Of a stretch of DNA of 64,000 bases, positions 9,044 through 18,811 are shown piece by piece. The stretch comes from Candidatus Xenobia bacterium. GTDB lineage: Bacteria > Vulcanimicrobiota > Xenobia > Xenobiales > QWHO01. The stretch is taken from NCBI GenBank assembly GCA_045863235.1, contig BTUM01000043.1, positions 1-64,000 of the forward strand, given 5' to 3'. The notes below the pieces were generated by a model. The model did no database searches and was not told the origin of the DNA. It saw only the letters and a list, made by a program, of their open reading frames with translations. Within the stretch, counting starts at the first letter, position 1. Each line of letters begins with the position of its first letter. Made by a program: the position numbers and the translations under genes.

Positions 9044-10069
9044 ATGCTCTACCAAACCAACAGCTGGGGCGGCTCTTCGATCGCTTCCCCCTTCATGAAC
9101 GGCAATCAGTTCGGCGGTCCGATGAACGCCAATCCTTACAACACGCTGGCCTCCATCATGATGCTCTTCGCCCTCTTCGAGGCCATGGCGCGCCAGGGTG
9201 GCCAACAGCAACCGGGTAACGGCAACTGCTGCTGGAGCGACCCGCGCGGCTTCAACTCGGCCATGAACTATGACCCCTGTTACACTCCCAGCGGGTGCGT
9301 GCCCGACCTGAGCTGCTGGACCGGCGGACATCGCGAGCATGATCACGACCACGCCGGCGCCTCTGCTTCCGCCTCGGCCGGCTCGGCCAGCGCTTCCGCC
9401 TCGGCCGCAGTGGCCGTGTCGGCCAGCCACAACGACAGCCAGAACGCCTCGGCCTCGGCGGCCGCAGCCGCCAGCGTCAGCGTGGAGCAGCAACAGCAGC
9501 AACAGGTGCAGTCCAGCGGCGGAGATGGTGGCGGGGACGGCGGTGGCGGTGGTGGTGGCGGCGGCGGCACCCCCGTCATCCTGGACCTGAACGGGGACGG
9601 CAAGCTGGACACCACCGGCAAAGGGGGCGCAAAGATCAGCTTTGATCTGAACGCCGATGGCAAGCAAGACAAGCTCGAGTGGATGAGCAAGGGCTCTCAG
9701 GACGGACTGCTGGTGCACGACTACAACGGCGACGGGGTCATCAACGACGGCCGCGAGCTGATGCGACGCACCGGCGAGAACGGCGAGCAGGACAAGTACA
9801 AGAACGGCTGGGACAAAGTAGCCCAGCTCTACGACAAGAACCGCGACGGAGTCGTCAAGGGCGAGGAGCTGAACGGCCTGCAGATGTGGGTGGACTCGAA
9901 CGGCGACGCCAAGACTGACAGGGGCGAGCTGAAGTCGCTGGCCGAGCTGGGCATCAGCTCGATCGACCTGCCCAAGCGAGAAGGGGAAATGGATTCGACC
10001 TTCGTGCGCAACGGGCGCACCCAGCTCGCGCGCGACTACGACTTCGAACTGGCCAACCCGATCGCCTGA
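9044..10069 (+). CDS. Ca-binding protein with a low-complexity N-terminal half and a C-terminal FrpC self-processing-module-like domain
   Basis: GGAGG RBS then ATG 9044; TPVILDLNGDG...FDLNADG...DGLLVHDYNGDGVINDGREL...WVDSNGDAKTDRGELKSLAELGISSIDL. Confidence 0.85.
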   Translation: MLYQTNSWGGSSIASPFMNGNQFGGPMNANPYNTLASIMMLFALFEAMARQGGQQQPGNGNCCWSDPRGFNSAMNYDPCYTPSGCVPDLSCWTGGHREHDHDHAGASASASAGSASASASAAVAVSASHNDSQNASASAAAAASVSVEQQQQQQVQSSGGDGGGDGGGGGGGGGGTPVILDLNGDGKLDTTGKGGAKISFDLNADGKQDKLEWMSKGSQDGLLVHDYNGDGVINDGRELMRRTGENGEQDKYKNGWDKVAQLYDKNRDGVVKGEELNGLQMWVDSNGDAKTDRGELKSLAELGISSIDLPKREGEMDSTFVRNGRTQLARDYDFELANPIA

Positions 10070-10073
10070 GCCT

Positions 10074-10631
10074 TCAGGGAGCCTCGGCCAGGGGCCGCTT
10101 GAGGGAGAGGCGGAAGGGGTGGCCGGCCCGGGTGACGGCCACCCCGTCGGCGTCGATGCGCGCCACCCGACAACCGAGCACATACTCCCCCTCGCGGGCC
10201 GTCAGCCGCTCGCCCCGGGCCGAGAGCACAGCCAGAAACTGACCCCCGCTCTTCTCGATGGCGATCAGCCGGAAGGCGGGGGGAGCCGGTTTGCTGATGC
10301 GTCCTCCGGCGTCGGGGTCGGTGGCCCTGCTGGCGGCTGCCTGCTGGTTTGGCGTGCCGCCCGGGGCCACGAACGGGTCGCGGGCCGGCTTGACATAGCT
10401 GACGGCGGGCAGGGTGACCCGGGTGACGGTCGGCTGAGCGGGCGGCTTCACCCTGCGAACGAAGGGATCGCGCGTGGCCGGGGGAACCGCCACCACACGA
10501 GGCTCCTCGTGGGGCGTGGCGACGGAGGCCGGCGACGACGCACTGGCCTGGGTCTGGGGCGGCGCACTGGAGCAGGCCACGGTTGCGCAGGCCAGTCCGG
10601 TCAGCAGCCAGAGGCTCAAGGTGTTTCGCAT
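10074..10631 (-). CDS. Lipoprotein with a PilP/GspC-like C-terminal domain
   Basis: MRNTLSLWLLTGLACATVAC lipobox-like signal; RDPF twice; FRLIAI...AVL...REGE...RVARIDADGVAV. Confidence 0.65.
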   Translation of the reverse strand: MRNTLSLWLLTGLACATVACSSAPPQTQASASSPASVATPHEEPRVVAVPPATRDPFVRRVKPPAQPTVTRVTLPAVSYVKPARDPFVAPGGTPNQQAAASRATDPDAGGRISKPAPPAFRLIAIEKSGGQFLAVLSARGERLTAREGEYVLGCRVARIDADGVAVTRAGHPFRLSLKRPLAEAP

Positions 10632-10638
10632 CCTGCTC

Positions 10639-13600
10639 TTATGTTCTTGAACCATCTTCAAGCTCCTCCCGTTTGGCCACCCGCACGCCTCCCACCAGGA
10701 TGGCCTCCTCCCGTTCCTCGATGGCAGCTCGGCCCCTCAGCATGTCCTCGTTCCCCTGGACGAGCTCGAGCGTCTGCATCCCCTCGCGAACCAGGCGCTG
10801 CGCTTCGGTATGGTTGGGAGCAGCGGCGATGCGCTCGGCCTGGGCACCCAGGCTGATCTGCACCGTCGGGTTGGCCGAGAAGCGCCCGATGGCAAGGCGC
10901 AGAGCCTTCTCCCCGGCCGGTTGCAGCAAGCCCTCGCCCAGCTGCTCGAGAAACTCCCGGCAGGGCGGCAGGGCAAGCGTCAGGGGAGTCGCAGGGTCAA
11001 GAGCCTGCGCGAGGGTCCATTCGGTGACGCGCAGGCGCTCCTCGGCAGCTACTTCTCGGGTCTGCTGGTAAGCCTTCAGGACCGCCAATCCCAGCTCGAC
11101 CGGGCCCGTGCTCTGGAGGTTCTCCAGCGCGCTCCGCCCGATCAGGCGCCGGGCCTCATCGCTGGTTGCCCCTTCGATCAGCTCGCCGGCCCACTCGGCC
11201 GCGCGATGGTGCTCGAGCAGCTTGAGCATCACCGGCAGGCTCGCCTCTCCGCCCGAGTCGGCCAGCAGCGCTCCTACCCGGCCCACGGCCTGATCGCGCT
11301 CGCTGCTGACCGGCTGGCGCTCGAGCTGGCCCAGCTCCCAGCGCAGCAGGCGACGCTTCTCCTCGGGCGGGCAGTCGAGCTTGGCGAACAGCTCGCCCAG
11401 ACGATCGCTCCGGTCACCCGAGGGATTCTCAAGCCACACCTGATAGGCTCGGCTGCGCGCGCTCTCGGTTTCCAGCGCCTCCCCCCAGGCCAGCGCCAAG
11501 CGCGCCCAGGGGGCTCTTATCCTCTCCAGGGCTGGGCGGGCCGCGTCCGCCCCGCCGAGCTGACGCAGGTAGTCGGCCTGCTGGGCAAGCTGCTCCTGAT
11601 CCGTGGTCCGCTCCATTCGGTGGCGCACCAGCTCAATCCGCTCTTCATTGCTGACCTCAGAGCTCGAGCGCACGGCCACCAGAGTTTCATAGAGCACATT
11701 CTCTGCCTCTCCCAGCACCATCGGGACCAGGGTCTTGCGCAAGGTTTCGTTCCTCGTCGCGGCCAGCCACTCGTCCAGCTGCTCGGCTCTGGCCACCGTT
11801 TCGGGAGTGCGTCGCAAGGCGCGGCCGATCTCTTCCAGAGCTTCATCGCCCTTCAGATCATAGAGCCACTTGACCAGGGTCAGGGTCTGCTCGCTGGTGC
11901 CCACTTCACGAAGCGCGCGGCTGACCAGGGCCGCCCGGTCTTCATTGGGCAGCTTGCTGTCATATCGATTCGCCTGCCACAGGCCGCGCAGCAGCTCGAC
12001 CGGGTCGGAATCAAGATCTCCCTTCAGGGCTGCCTCGGTCAACACTTTGCGGCTGGAGGGGTGCGCGACGGCCTGGCGCCAGTCGATCAGGCGCTCGACC
12101 TCGGTCTTGCGGGTGGGCAAGCGGGCCAGCAGCTCCAGCACCTGGACCTCGCCCTGGTCCTCCTTCAGCTCGTAGATCCAGGAGGCGTGGACCGCCAGGG
12201 CCTGATCGCGAGCCTCTCCGGGGGCCAGGGTTACCAGCTGGCTCGCGCTCCAATCCACCAGACGGGCCCGCTCGGCGTTGTCCACCCCGCGCGGCACCGC
12301 TTTCCAGAAGCCCCGCATTCGCTCGACCCGCGCCTCGGGCGTGAGCTCGACCGGCCCCTCCAGCACGGCGGACACGGCCGCACGGCGAGCCTCCTCCAGG
12401 GTCAGGGCCCCCAGCCAGCCGGAGAGCTCTTCGCCCAGCGGTTGTGTGGCGGGATCCGAGGCCAGGTACTCGGCCACACCCTCCGAGACCCCCAGTTGGG
12501 CCTTCCAGCCCAGGAGAGCCAACACTGCGGCGGGGGCACCTTCCTCATTCCGGCGGGTGGCCAGTTGCTCCAGATTGCGCTCCACCAGGCGCCGTCCATC
12601 CTCGCGCGGCAGCTTGCCCACCATCCCCTTCAATAGCTCAAGGCGAGCCGAGGGGGTATCCGCCACCGCCGGTTGGCCCATCACCTGGCTCAGCATCAGC
12701 GAGCGAGATTCCGGCTCTTGCAGAGTGTCCAGCCAATCTCTCTCCAGCGCGCCCAGCATCCCCTTGACCCGGGGCAGGGCCGCCTCACCGGTCAGCTCCA
12801 CCAGCCAGGCACCCAGCGTGCGCAGGGACTCCTCGCTGTCCGGCTGCCCCTGGAGGCGGTCGAACTCGGCCTGGCACAGCCGGGCTCGCTCCTCATTGGG
12901 CACTGCAGAGCCGGCCTTCTTCCAGAAGATCCGCATCCTGTCGATGGTGCTCTCCCCCTCGCCATCGAGGGCGATCTCGGCTGCCAGAGCCCGCCCCCGG
13001 TCGCTGGTCAGGGCCCCCAGCCAGCTCTCCAGCTCAGGGCTGGCCAGGCAGTCTTGCACCTGGGTCAGGGCCCTGGCTCCTTCCAGCTCCAGCAGCCAGC
13101 TGGCCAGCTGGCGACGCGAGGGGGCGTCGCTGGCGGCAGCCAGGTTCGCTCGCACCAGGGCCGCCCGCTGGGCGTTGTCGACCTTGTTGGGAAGACGCTT
13201 CCAGAGCTGCCTCAAAACCTCCACCCGACGCTCTGCGGTGGCATCGGGCGGATTGGTCTCCAACAGCAGCCTGGCGATCTCGCCCTGCCCGGCGGAAACG
13301 ACCTGGCACCATTCCCGGGCCAGTTGGCCGGCCACGGGAGGCAGGACGGCCAGCAACTGGGAGTGATCGCCGTTGGGTTCGAGCTCTTGGAGCCACCCGG
13401 CCAGAGTACGGTTCTCCTCCAGGCTGTTGGCGTCGCTCAACTGGGCCCGCACGAGGCGGGCGCGCTGGTCGTTGGAGAGAGTGCGGTTGGCCTGCCAGAA
13501 ATCGCTCAACAGCTCGACCGGCTTGCCGTCCCGGGGATGCTCCAGGAAGAAGAGCTGCACCGCCCGCCGCCCTTCGTCGGTGGTGACGGCCGCGTTCCAC

Positions 13601-14715
13601 ACACCGGGCTGCTCGAGCCCCAGCTTGTCGAACAGGGGCATGAGATCGGACCTGGCCTGGCGGGCATACTGGCCCACCAGCAGCGGGTCGGCCCCCGCCC
13701 TGGCAAGCTCGCTCTGGAGAACTTTAGGGCGCTCGCTTTCGGGCAGCTTCTCAAGCACAGACTGGAAGGCCTGAAGCCGGCTCTTCTCATCCTGCACCGG
13801 ATTGGCGCTGAGCAGGGTATGCCAGACGGTGCGGCGCTCGGTTTCCTCCAACCCCGCTTCCCAGGCCTGGCCGGCCTGAATCGAGCCAGCCAGCTCGCTC
13901 GTGCGTCGGGCCTGTTCGGCCAGCTCAAGAATGGGCCTGTCGGCCGCCAGCCGGCGTACCTCTTCGGCCGTCAGCGGCGGTGCGCCCTGACCGACTTTCA
14001 CAGCCAGCGCCCAGGGCAGCTCGCCGGCCAGCTCTCCCATGGAGGCGGGCGGTTGGCGGTGAGCCAGCTCCCAGGCCCGGGCCGCCATGGCCGCATCGGG
14101 AGCGACCTCGCGCCAGGCACGATAGGTGCTCAGGGTCTCGGGGGTGGCCTCTCCCGCGGGCAACCAGGCTTCGCCGTCTCGACCCACCTTGCCCCGGGAG
14201 CCCACCAGGTAGGCCGAGGCGGGCTCCCCGCGCTCATCGAGAAAGACGTAACCCTGCTCCTCGAGCCGGGCCAGCGGGCTCTCCAGCACGAAGTCGCGCA
14301 GCTCGCCCACCACCTCGCGGCTCAGGGCCACACTGCGCTCGCCCTTGCGGGCCCGCAGCTCGGGCAGGTTCTTGGCGGGCTCGGTGAGAGCGTTGTAGGC
14401 TCCATAGGCGCCGACCTGGCCGGGCCGGGCCTCGAACAGCCAGCCGTGGGCGGACAGGTCCTGCAGAGCCGTTCCCAGCTCAGGCTCGGCCAGCATCTCG
14501 GGCCCGAGCTCACCGCTGAAGACGCGGACTTCCTGGAGATCCTCCGAAGAGCTCAGCGGCAGCGGCAGGTTGCTGTCGGGGGGCTTGACGAGCAAACGCT
14601 CGCTCTGACCGCGCTCGAGGCGGTCCACGACCTCCTGGAGCGGGATCGGCTCGTGGGCATCTTGCCAGGGCAAGCGCCAGCGCTTCTGTTGGTAGAACTC
14701 AGGATGGATCTCCAC
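10639..14715 (-). CDS. Large alpha-helical repeat protein (1358 aa) with the C-terminal VGGV motif
   Basis: Repeats of type VE.lr.fW......vdN.eRA.Lv; ends IEEREEAILVGGVRVAKR. Confidence 0.85.
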   Translation of the reverse strand: MEIHPEFYQQKRWRLPWQDAHEPIPLQEVVDRLERGQSERLLVKPPDSNLPLPLSSSEDLQEVRVFSGELGPEMLAEPELGTALQDLSAHGWLFEARPGQVGAYGAYNALTEPAKNLPELRARKGERSVALSREVVGELRDFVLESPLARLEEQGYVFLDERGEPASAYLVGSRGKVGRDGEAWLPAGEATPETLSTYRAWREVAPDAAMAARAWELAHRQPPASMGELAGELPWALAVKVGQGAPPLTAEEVRRLAADRPILELAEQARRTSELAGSIQAGQAWEAGLEETERRTVWHTLLSANPVQDEKSRLQAFQSVLEKLPESERPKVLQSELARAGADPLLVGQYARQARSDLMPLFDKLGLEQPGVWNAAVTTDEGRRAVQLFFLEHPRDGKPVELLSDFWQANRTLSNDQRARLVRAQLSDANSLEENRTLAGWLQELEPNGDHSQLLAVLPPVAGQLAREWCQVVSAGQGEIARLLLETNPPDATAERRVEVLRQLWKRLPNKVDNAQRAALVRANLAAASDAPSRRQLASWLLELEGARALTQVQDCLASPELESWLGALTSDRGRALAAEIALDGEGESTIDRMRIFWKKAGSAVPNEERARLCQAEFDRLQGQPDSEESLRTLGAWLVELTGEAALPRVKGMLGALERDWLDTLQEPESRSLMLSQVMGQPAVADTPSARLELLKGMVGKLPREDGRRLVERNLEQLATRRNEEGAPAAVLALLGWKAQLGVSEGVAEYLASDPATQPLGEELSGWLGALTLEEARRAAVSAVLEGPVELTPEARVERMRGFWKAVPRGVDNAERARLVDWSASQLVTLAPGEARDQALAVHASWIYELKEDQGEVQVLELLARLPTRKTEVERLIDWRQAVAHPSSRKVLTEAALKGDLDSDPVELLRGLWQANRYDSKLPNEDRAALVSRALREVGTSEQTLTLVKWLYDLKGDEALEEIGRALRRTPETVARAEQLDEWLAATRNETLRKTLVPMVLGEAENVLYETLVAVRSSSEVSNEERIELVRHRMERTTDQEQLAQQADYLRQLGGADAARPALERIRAPWARLALAWGEALETESARSRAYQVWLENPSGDRSDRLGELFAKLDCPPEEKRRLLRWELGQLERQPVSSERDQAVGRVGALLADSGGEASLPVMLKLLEHHRAAEWAGELIEGATSDEARRLIGRSALENLQSTGPVELGLAVLKAYQQTREVAAEERLRVTEWTLAQALDPATPLTLALPPCREFLEQLGEGLLQPAGEKALRLAIGRFSANPTVQISLGAQAERIAAAPNHTEAQRLVREGMQTLELVQGNEDMLRGRAAIEEREEAILVGGVRVAKREELEDGSRT

Positions 14716-14730
14716 CCGATCATGCTAGCT

Positions 14731-15756
14731 TCAAGCCTGGAAAAAAGGCTGAACGGGGCTCCGAACGGGCAGCCAGCTGCCGCCCACCACCACCCGGTCG
14801 GCCTCGAGCTGCACACCCGCAGCGGGAGATGGGTACAGCTGACGCAGCTGGGGCCACAGGGCCCCGATCTGCTGCAAGGTTGCCACCGGCTCGCCCTGCT
14901 CCAGGACTTTGGGCAGGCCATACTGCTGGCCCAGAGTCTCAAGACATGTCCGGGCCACCTCCTCGAGCCGGCCCGGGTCTTGAATCAGGGCTACGGTGTC
15001 GGGAAACCGGGAGGCAAACGCGTTCTCGCTCCACAGGGTGTTGCCCGGATAACTCAAGACGGCGGCCGCTGCGACACTGCGCTGCTCGGCGTCGGAGTCG
15101 GCGAACTGGCTGGTCAAAAAGCACGCATAGAGCGACCGCGAAGCCTGGTGCTGACCCAGCGGGGTCCGATCATCCAGGCGCTCGGCCAGCTTGAGGCCGA
15201 AGGTCATCAGCTCGGCCTGCTCGGGGTCGTTGGCCCGTACCTGCTCGGCCAGATGGCGGCGCACGGCCAGCCCGCCATCGCTCAGGGCGCCGCAGAACAA
15301 GCCGAAGGCCAGGCGCGCCTGACCCACTGTCTCTCGTCGCAGTGCCCGGGCGGCCGACTCCACCAGGTGGTTGCGGTCGCGCTCGCTGGGCAGTTGAGGT
15401 AGAAAGTGGTCCACGACCTCGAGTATGGCGGGCGCGGCCGGGTGAGTGCTGGCGCGCAGGAAGGGGAGCACGTAGGGCGTGTGGTCCTGGCCGGACAACT
15501 GCTCGGGTTTGAGGCCAGCCAGCCAGTCGGAAGCCAGCCACACGGCCACCATGGTGGCCGGCCCGGTGGCCGCCTTCTCCAGCCCCTTACCCCAGGTGCG
15601 GGAAGCTCGCTCGGCCAGCTCCGAGCCGAGTGAGGCCCGCATGCTGTCCAGCGAGCTTCTCACCAGCACGTCCAGCGGCTCGCCCGTGGACAGGGCAGGG
15701 ACGGCCGAGGCCCGCATCGGGGCCTGAAAGACAGAAGGACGCCAGTTGACCAGCAT
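14731..15756 (-). CDS. Hypothetical helical protein with the C-terminal VGG motif
   Basis: 341 aa; ends VQLEADRVVVGGSWLPVR; TAAGCT 6 nt before the ATG. Confidence 0.8.
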   Translation of the reverse strand: MLVNWRPSVFQAPMRASAVPALSTGEPLDVLVRSSLDSMRASLGSELAERASRTWGKGLEKAATGPATMVAVWLASDWLAGLKPEQLSGQDHTPYVLPFLRASTHPAAPAILEVVDHFLPQLPSERDRNHLVESAARALRRETVGQARLAFGLFCGALSDGGLAVRRHLAEQVRANDPEQAELMTFGLKLAERLDDRTPLGQHQASRSLYACFLTSQFADSDAEQRSVAAAAVLSYPGNTLWSENAFASRFPDTVALIQDPGRLEEVARTCLETLGQQYGLPKVLEQGEPVATLQQIGALWPQLRQLYPSPAAGVQLEADRVVVGGSWLPVRSPVQPFFQA

Positions 15757-15820
15757 GATCGGAGCTTAGCCTGCCGGCCTGAAAGGGGACTGAAGCGGGC
15801 TCTCGCGAATTGGCGACCCC

Positions 15821-16153
15821 ATGCGCATCCTGCTCATCTGCTTGCTGACAGCCGCCGCCCTGGCTGCCGAGACCCTCACCGTGCCCGACCTCTTCGCTGG
15901 CCGGGAGAAGTACTCGGGCCAGGAGGTGCTGGTGGGCGGCACCATCAAGGGGTATTCCGAGAAGCCTGAGCAGACCAGCTTTCTGCTCTTCGACTCCGGC
16001 AAGGCGGTCTCGGTCTATCTGCCCGGGGCGGCCGGCTACGCCAACAACGAAAAGGCCATCGTCAGCGGCACGTTCCACCTGGAGAAGAAGCTGGGCGGAC
16101 GGGTCTTCACGAACGTGATCGAGGCCACCAGCATCGAGCCCTCTCAGGAGTAA
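15821..16153 (+). CDS. Small secreted OB-fold-like protein
   Basis: Sec signal MRILLICLLTAAALA; beta-rich pattern GQEVLVGGTI...IVSGTF...IEATSI. Confidence 0.75.
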   Translation: MRILLICLLTAAALAAETLTVPDLFAGREKYSGQEVLVGGTIKGYSEKPEQTSFLLFDSGKAVSVYLPGAAGYANNEKAIVSGTFHLEKKLGGRVFTNVIEATSIEPSQE

Positions 16154-16270
16154 GGAAGCGCTAAGGGGTGAGACGGACCAACTCCCCAGATCGGTGCAGG
16201 TGGTAGTCTCGCCGCAAAGCTGATGCCAGTCATACCACCGCTACCCGTGGAGTGATACCCTTACCCTAGC

Positions 16271-16786
16271 ATGATCATCGCAAGCCTGCTCCTTCTGGCG
16301 GTAGGGGTCTCCCTGGGTGGACTGGTCGTCTTTTTGCCCTACACCCTGAGAGGCGGAGGGGGCGTCGAACTGGGGATCAGTTTGCTCTGTCTCGTCCTGG
16401 CCGGGCTCCTGGCCGGTAAGAAGCATCCTCGTCTGGCCTCGACGGCCCTGCTCGGCTCGCTCCTGGTGGTTGGACTGGCCTTCCAGCGTGGAGCACTGAA
16501 TCGCCAATCGGATCGCAATCTCGAGGGCTGCGAGGGCAACCTGCAGACCCTGAGCCGGGCCCTGGAATCCTACCGACAGACCCGCGGGGTCTTGCCTGAC
16601 CGACTCAGCGACTGCGGACCGGTCCCCATCTGTCCCGCCGCGGGGCGAGAGACCTACTCGGCGGGATACCAGGTCGAGGGCGAGGGATGGACTTTATCGT
16701 GCAAGGGCGACGCCCACGCCAGACACTTCTACGACGCCCCCCGCAACCAGGTCGACTTTCCTCGCATCAGCGGCCCGCCTCCATGA
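16271..16786 (+). CDS. Membrane protein with a pilin/pseudopilin-like Cys-containing C-terminal domain
   Basis: Three hydrophobic segments, then CEGNLQTLSRALESY...G.LP..L...PICPAAG...C.G..H. Confidence 0.65.
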   Translation: MIIASLLLLAVGVSLGGLVVFLPYTLRGGGGVELGISLLCLVLAGLLAGKKHPRLASTALLGSLLVVGLAFQRGALNRQSDRNLEGCEGNLQTLSRALESYRQTRGVLPDRLSDCGPVPICPAAGRETYSAGYQVEGEGWTLSCKGDAHARHFYDAPRNQVDFPRISGPPP

Positions 16787-16902
16787 AGAGTAAGGCTCGC
16801 AGAGGGGACCAGGGTTGAGCCGCCTGAGCGAAACTTCGTCGCATTGACCGTCAGGCGTTGTGGACAGAAACCACTTCCGGCCACGCTGTAAACCTCTTCG
16901 CG

Positions 16903-17865
16903 TTAGAACAGGTCCGAGAAGGATACGGCTACCGGGCGCCGACCCGAGATGCTCACGGTCAATCCGGCTCCCGGGGCCAGCTTGTCCGGGAAGGCCGGGT
17001 CCTGGTAGAGGGCGGCGAAGGTTTCCACTACGTCCACCAGCAGCCGGATCTCGGCGGCGGTGGGAAAGGGAGCCAGGGGCCGGTCGGCCCGCAGCACCAG
17101 GGGGGCCAGCTGGCGCGAGCCCTCCTGGGCCAGTGGCCAGCCATGGGTGGTGGCCTCGCGCAGCAGGAGGCGCGGGAAGCTCTCCAGGTCGGCGAAGGTC
17201 AGACCGATGCATGCGCCAGGCTGCTTGCCATCTGTCACGGCCCGCACGCTTTTGCGGTCGAGCAGGAGGGAGAGGCCCGTCTCGATGCCCTGCGAGCCCA
17301 TCACCGAGCAGAAGACGGGCGAGACCGACAGGCCGTCGAGCTCGAACAGCATCCGATCGCTGAAGTCGAGCCAGGGGGCCAGCTGGTAGAGCTCGGCTGC
17401 CGACTGGAACAACTTGCGCAACTGGCCGGGGGTGACACCGGGCTGCTTGAGGTAGCTGCGCCGCGATCCGCCCAGGTAAGCCTCCAGGTCGCGGAAGGCC
17501 AGATCGAGCAGTTCGGGTTCGTGCAGGGCGTCCACCCTGACGTCGATGCGATCCAGGGCGGGTTTGAGCCGCCCCACGAACTCGGCCGGGACGGCCACCC
17601 GCACCGGGCGGGCCGGAGTCTGGTCGGTCAAAATCGCCTGCACCAGCGAGTCCAGCAAGGAGCGCTCGGCCGGCCCGCTGGCCTCCACCGGCTTGAGCGA
17701 GCGGACCGCTCCGGTGGCCGCGTCCACCCACACCGCCACGGCCAGGGGGCCGCGCTTGAGGCGTGCCCGGCTGAGGCGCCGGTCGCCCAGCCAGATGGAG
17801 GTCTGGCGGCTAGGCAGCTCTTTCAGGCGGGCTTCGGTTTCCGGGTCGAGGGCGACAGTGGGCAC
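16903..17865 (-). CDS. Conserved hypothetical protein (DUF6930/DUF7309-like, tentative)
   Basis: LFQSAAELYQLAPW...FCSVMGSQG.ETGL; AGGAG RBS supports GTG 17865 over the track start. Confidence 0.7.
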   Translation of the reverse strand: MPTVALDPETEARLKELPSRQTSIWLGDRRLSRARLKRGPLAVAVWVDAATGAVRSLKPVEASGPAERSLLDSLVQAILTDQTPARPVRVAVPAEFVGRLKPALDRIDVRVDALHEPELLDLAFRDLEAYLGGSRRSYLKQPGVTPGQLRKLFQSAAELYQLAPWLDFSDRMLFELDGLSVSPVFCSVMGSQGIETGLSLLLDRKSVRAVTDGKQPGACIGLTFADLESFPRLLLREATTHGWPLAQEGSRQLAPLVLRADRPLAPFPTAAEIRLLVDVVETFAALYQDPAFPDKLAPGAGLTVSISGRRPVAVSFSDLF

Positions 17866-17891
17866 GGTCTCTGCTCCTTGCACAAGTTTTC

Positions 17892-17905
17892 CGAACATAC
17901 ATTCC
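17892..17905. promoter_or_regulatory. Probable LexA/SOS box
   Basis: GGAATGTATGTTCG on the minus strand, close to the Bacillus-type CGAAC-N4-GTTCG; about 27 bp upstream of GTG 17865. Confidence 0.55.
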
Positions 17906-18194
17906 ATGAAGTGCATGGAAAATCATTCCAGTTTCAGGAGAATGTTTTTCAGCTAGGAGTCCTGTGGTGTCGGAGGAGCTACGCTCTCTCGGGGGCCCCT
18001 ACCCCGCCTCCGGCAACAAGGCCGGTCCTCCTTCATCCTTCGTGGTCCCGCGCGCGGGATGGGACCTAGCAGGCCTATGCCCTACACAATTTCTGTGGTG
18101 ACGGAGCAGCCCCAGGAAGAAGGGCCGGTGGGACGGGTCGGATTTGAGGCCTGGCTCAAGCAGGTAGCCCCTCGCAGCCCAGAGGCTACCCCGC

Positions 18195-18716
18195 TCACAC
18201 TGCAGCACGTCGCTTGGCCAGCTTCACACCATTGACCACGATCTTGTGCGAGTCTTGCTGGATGGTCGCGAACCCGTCCGGGTCGCTCACCGCCTCCTGG
18301 TACTTCGCCTGCGCCACCGCCAGACGCTCTTCCAGGGCTCTTTCCTGGGGGGCCAGCGCGGCGTACTTCTCCGCACCCTCTTGTCTGGCAGACCGGCTCA
18401 TCAGCCAGAATCCAATCCCCGGGGCCACCAGTCCGGCCACGAACGCCGGCAGGCCCAACCCCATGTTGCCGGCCAGATACATCCCCGCGATCGGCGGTAT
18501 ACACAAGATCCAGATGCCGTAGTCGGACATCTTCTTGCTGCCAGCCTGCTTGCTGAGCGCCTCCTGGCTGGATGTGGCGCGGAATCCATCCAGCGCCGCC
18601 CGGGCCTGGTTGACCTCGTGCTCGGCTTGCTGGACTCTTTCTTCGGCCCCGGTCAACTGGCGGGTGGCCGAGGTGAGCGAAGTCGCCCCCGTGGGCAGCG
18701 CAAATCGGACCTGCAT
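18195..18716 (-). CDS. Coiled-coil / 2-TM hypothetical protein with the C-terminal VNGV motif variant
   Basis: GGAGA RBS then MQVRFALP; hydrophobic hairpin; ends IQQDSHKIVVNGVKLAKRR. Confidence 0.8.
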   Translation of the reverse strand: MQVRFALPTGATSLTSATRQLTGAEERVQQAEHEVNQARAALDGFRATSSQEALSKQAGSKKMSDYGIWILCIPPIAGMYLAGNMGLGLPAFVAGLVAPGIGFWLMSRSARQEGAEKYAALAPQERALEERLAVAQAKYQEAVSDPDGFATIQQDSHKIVVNGVKLAKRRAAV

Positions 18717-18811
18717 GTTCTCTCCAGAATCTGCCTTTTCATCAGACCCTATCGAGGTGGGCTCAAAAATCTCCGATTCAGACAAGTTCCCAAACGGACG
18801 GCTCAACAATC

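Noticed and set aside
10810..15402. Long plus-strand ORFs (608 and 909 aa) and similar antisense ORFs elsewhere
   Set aside because: Typical high-GC shadow frames opposite well-supported genes
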